From NCBI GenBank assembly GCA_028826165.1, contig JAPDFW010000063.1, forward strand, positions 1,054,001 through 1,118,000: 64,000 bases of DNA. The letters run 5' to 3'. Position numbers and translations under genes: made by a program. The notes beneath the pieces are model-generated. The model saw only the letters and a list, made by a program, of their open reading frames with translations, had not been told where the DNA came from and made no database searches. The DNA comes from Anaeramoeba ignava BMAN (taxonomy: Eukaryota > Protista > Anaeramoebae). Below, piece after piece: positions 60,955 through 64,000 of the stretch (positions within the stretch are counted from its first letter, which is position 1; each line of letters begins with the position of its first letter).

Positions 60955-63238
60955 AAATGAAAGTGAAAATGAAATTAAAATCAATTACCTAAAAGAATTT
61001 ACCAAGCAAGTCTATACTTATGTACAACCCCAAGAAATCAAAAATTTTGTTCCTCAGATAATGCGTTTTATTATTTTTTATTTTGGAAAACATTACTCAA
61101 GTAGATTAAAAGAGATTATTTCTGAATCAAAGGAGGATATTAAAGGGTATTATCTTGAAGCTTTGAATGAAAAATATCTTGAATATTTATTTCACACAAA
61201 AAAAAAGGAAAAGAGAGAAGAAAAGAGAGAAGAAAAAGATTTTAACCAACAAAAAATACACAGAGAAATGAAAGAAATTTTTGGAGAGAAAAACATATTT
61301 GATGAGTCAAAAATTGAAAAAGTTTTGGAGTTTCATCTCAATTTGGTTTCAAGTTGTATACTCATAAAAAAGAAGATTAAAACAAGACATATACTTATTA
61401 ATAGTCACGAAAGCTTCAAAGAAAGCATTAGAGACGAATATGATATAAAAAAAGACCAAATCAAATGTTTTTTTTCGATGATAGAAAAAATAGTACTAGA
61501 CGAAATGATGGAAAATGACAAAAATTTCGAAAATGCTTGTTATGAATTATCTAAAAAAATTACTACAACAAAAGAGAAATTTGTTATTCAGAAAATATCC
61601 AATCTTTTGAAGTGCAAACCTGATAATCCACAAAAATTCAAAAAATTCAAAAAATTCAAAAAATTCAAAAAATTCAAAAACAAAAATTCAAAAGAATTGA
61701 TGTTTTATAAATCTATCAAATCGATGATCAGAAAAAGGAAAAATAACAATAAATACATTTTACCGATTAATCTTAAATCTTGGTGGTGGCATTCTTTCCC
61801 AACAGTTGGGCTTGAGAAAATTTTTTCGTTATTCCACAAAGAAAAAGAAAAAGAAATTGATCCTAAAAAAGTATTTCCGCTGACTAATTTCTATTTAGAT
61901 AACTATGTTAATTTCGAGATGTTCTGTAAACTTCAAGCACTTTTTGAGGTTATAAAAATGGTATTCATGAACAAAGACAAGAAAGAAAAAGAAAAAGAAA
62001 AAGAAAAAGGAAAAGAAACAAAAACACTTGAAAATTTGCTTTCAGAAAAGAGTGAAATATATAATGATTTTTGTGATTTGTGGAATTACGAGCAATTATC
62101 GCAAGAAATGTTCGAAACAAATTTCATTTCCTCGAAAACAGAAATTAATGAGATTGTCAAAAATAAGATTACTCTTGAGCAAATATACGAGAAATATGTG
62201 AAGTCTTATAACGAATTGGTATATACAATAACAACAAAATTTATCAATAATTCGAGGAAGTTTGTTGTGGAAAGGATTGAATTGAAATCAGAAACTGAGA
62301 AGAAATTCCCAAATATTTTGCGTCTATCGATCGAGGAAATCGACAATTTTGTGATTACCAATTTAATTGAAGAAGTGCAAAGTCTTTATTTATTAGAAAA
62401 TTATTTAGAGCAGCAGTTTGAGATGATTGAAGTTCACAAATTAGAGCTTCCTCAACCAGAAGTTCCGTCGATACCTATTTTCCCAGAAAATGTGTTGAAA
62501 GATATTAAAAATAAAATAGGAAACGATCAGTTTCAGAAGTCGCAAAGCATCTCAATTATTTCAGAACTGGAGCAATCCAGAATACTTGAGAATTGCGGGT
62601 ATTTGCTTAATGTTTTGATGAATTATATTGCCAGCGAAAGTTCAAAAGAAGTTTTTGAAGCAATGAAGAAGAAGAAAATCAAGGATTTTCTTATCCAAGA
62701 AGAGATTGCGAACCCCAAAAAAAATGAACCAAAAGAACTTGAGAAAGTATATAAATTGACCCAACTCCGTTTGTTTCAGGGAGTCAAAGAGCATGTTTTG
62801 AAATGCCCAACGTTTTGCAAAATTTCTGTTCCTCAGCTTGTGTGTCTATATCAAAAAATATCTGAAAAACTCAACGATACATGTCGTTCTCTATCTCAAG
62901 AATTCAAGAAGACGATAGTTGACACAACTAAAGCGGAAATTATTAAGAATTTTAATAATTTAAAACTTCAGTATCAATCTAAGTTAACAAAAGCTTTGGA
63001 AAGTTGTATAGAAATGATTCAAGATAAGAAACCAAAAAACGCAAATGAGAATAAAGAAAAAAATAATTCTGGTCAATTTGAGAATGATGAAATTTTTGAC
63101 AAGCTTTTGGATTATGAGTTGATTGCGTTTGAAGATATATCAAGATTGAAAAATTTAAAAGATTCTAAAATAAAGTTAGAAAATTTGGTTGATTTTTACA
63201 AAATTTGCGAAAGCCATTATCAAAAGAATTTGAATTAA
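49877..63238 (+). CDS. Giant RNF213/mysterin-like dynein-related AAA+ ATPase (~4,400 codons) split over three overlapping ORFs; intron 57044-57124
   Basis: RNF213-type motifs in order: SEFAGCGKT, FHFDI, PVVILGETGCGKT, IHGGT, ILFDEFNT, ANPYR, YRV..IP, ISLRD, NEALTEN, IPLFIIGKPG|TSKSLS, QCS, VILLDEVALAEISPDFPLKVLH, ISNWRLDASKTNR, FFGLRDYY.LVK, RNFGG, GSYF.ED, LYDVLNQ.Y, LNRFEKH. The ORFs overlap at 52603-52690 and 59309-59481. Confidence 0.9.
56059..56245 (+). repeat. 30-bp coding tandem repeat (KTKSKEDSN[E/K]) x ~6 within the AAA core
   Basis: AAAACTAAATCTAAAGAAGATTCAAATGAA-type units between ANPYRK and AIYRV. Confidence 0.9.
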
Positions 63239-63562
63239 AATTAAAATCAGAATTAATATCAATTAAAATTAATATCAATTTGAATTAAAATTAAAATTAA
63301 AATCAAAACTAATATGAATCAAAATTAAAATTAAAATTAAAATTAAAATTAAAATTAAAATTAAAATCAATATCAAAATTAAAATTAAAATTAAAATTAA
63401 AAAAAGAAAAAAAAAAAGAAAAATAAAAATAAAAAGAAAAAATATAAAATCGGAAAAATTTTTTTCATTTTCCAAAAATCATTTTTTTCCTTTCAAATTA
63501 AAATTAGAAATTAAAATAATAAAAATCAAAATCAAAATAAAAATCAAAATAAAAATAATAAA

Positions 63563-64000
63563 ATGAACACATTAGAAGAATTCGCAAGACAACTATACAC
63601 AGAAACCAATCCAGAATTACGAACACAACTCGAAGAGCAATACAAAGAATTTGTATCACGATACGAAAGCATTGAGCTTGGATTAAGACTGCTAACAGAA
63701 AGCGAGAATCATCAAGCACAATTTTTTGCCAGTTCAGCTTTAAAGACGTTAATAACGGATTATTGGAACGTAATTGGGAGTGAAACAAAAAACCAGATCC
63801 AGAACACAGTATTAGAGATCCGGTTTGGAAAACAAACAAGACGAGAAGCGAACCACGTGCTGAACGCAATGGAGACTGTTGTAGCACGGTCAGTTAAGCT
63901 TGGATGGGATGATCCTGAACTCGACTGCAAGAATCTTTTGGACAAAATCGCAGGATATTTCTTTTCGTTCAACCCGGAAATTGTGGTTGCGAGTTTGCGG
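63563..64000 (+). CDS. XPO7: Exportin-7/RanBP17-like karyopherin, N-terminal part; runs off window end
   Basis: Manual translation: MNTLEEFARQLYTETNPELRTQLEEQYKEF...AQFFASSALKTLI...VVARSVKLGWDD. Matches the importin-beta N-terminal pattern of XPO7 (LE.L..QLY, AR..KLGW.D). Not in the ORF track because it is truncated. Confidence 0.8.
   Translation, partial: MNTLEEFARQLYTETNPELRTQLEEQYKEFVSRYESIELGLRLLTESENHQAQFFASSALKTLITDYWNVIGSETKNQIQNTVLEIRFGKQTRREANHVLNAMETVVARSVKLGWDDPELDCKNLLDKIAGYFFSFNPEIVVASLR

Noticed and set aside
49877-63238. Inteins in the ATPase or GTPase motifs
   Set aside because: No Hint-type N-terminal Cys block, HN-C/S/T junction or LAGLIDADG motif seen; the Walker A interruption is a GT-AG intron.
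1-64000. Stop-codon reassignment; tRNA or rRNA genes
   Set aside because: Conserved genes end at TAA, TAG or TGA at expected positions, with no in-frame stops in aligned exons; no structured-RNA-like segment recognised by eye (tRNAscan-SE or Infernal would be needed to exclude small RNAs).

Overview
Very AT-rich, intron-containing eukaryotic genomic DNA using the standard code (TAA, TAG and TGA all end genes). It is protist-like: repeat-filled introns plus ankyrin-BTB-BTB, myristoylated PAS, ScaA-like and RNF213-like genes suggest an anaerobic amoeba such as Anaeramoeba, but this is inference only. Most short ORFs in the supplied track are artefacts of simple repeats. The real genes, in order, are: cathepsin L-like protease (partial, -), an NN[LPS]-repeat coiled-coil protein (+), palmitoyl-protein thioesterase (-), a dynamin-related GTPase (-), a ~2,060-aa membrane protein with ~10 Ig-like repeats fused to a STRA6-like multipass domain (-), a ~4-kb 13/14-bp satellite, acyl-protein thioesterase (-), a decayed ankyrin array (-), two tandem DCN1 paralogues (+), ankyrin-BTB-BTB (+), an E2F/DP-like factor (+), a PAS/coiled-coil protein (+), a PAP2-like phosphatase (-), an ScaA-like scaffold (+), a PB1-UBA p62/NBR1-like receptor (+), a ~4,400-codon RNF213/mysterin-like AAA+ ATPase with two frame breaks (+), and exportin-7-like (partial, +). 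Best candidates for new biology: (1) the Ig-repeat/STRA6 fusion receptor; (2) the adjacent p62-like and apparently RING-less RNF213-like pair, in a neighbourhood of cullin/ubiquitin genes; (3) a canonical -1 slippery heptamer plus hairpin at the first RNF213 frame break, and a stop-free in-frame intron inside one of its Walker A motifs. Single-base indels in other genes of this window mean sequencing error is a real alternative for the frameshifts. All family calls come from motif recognition by eye, not database searches.
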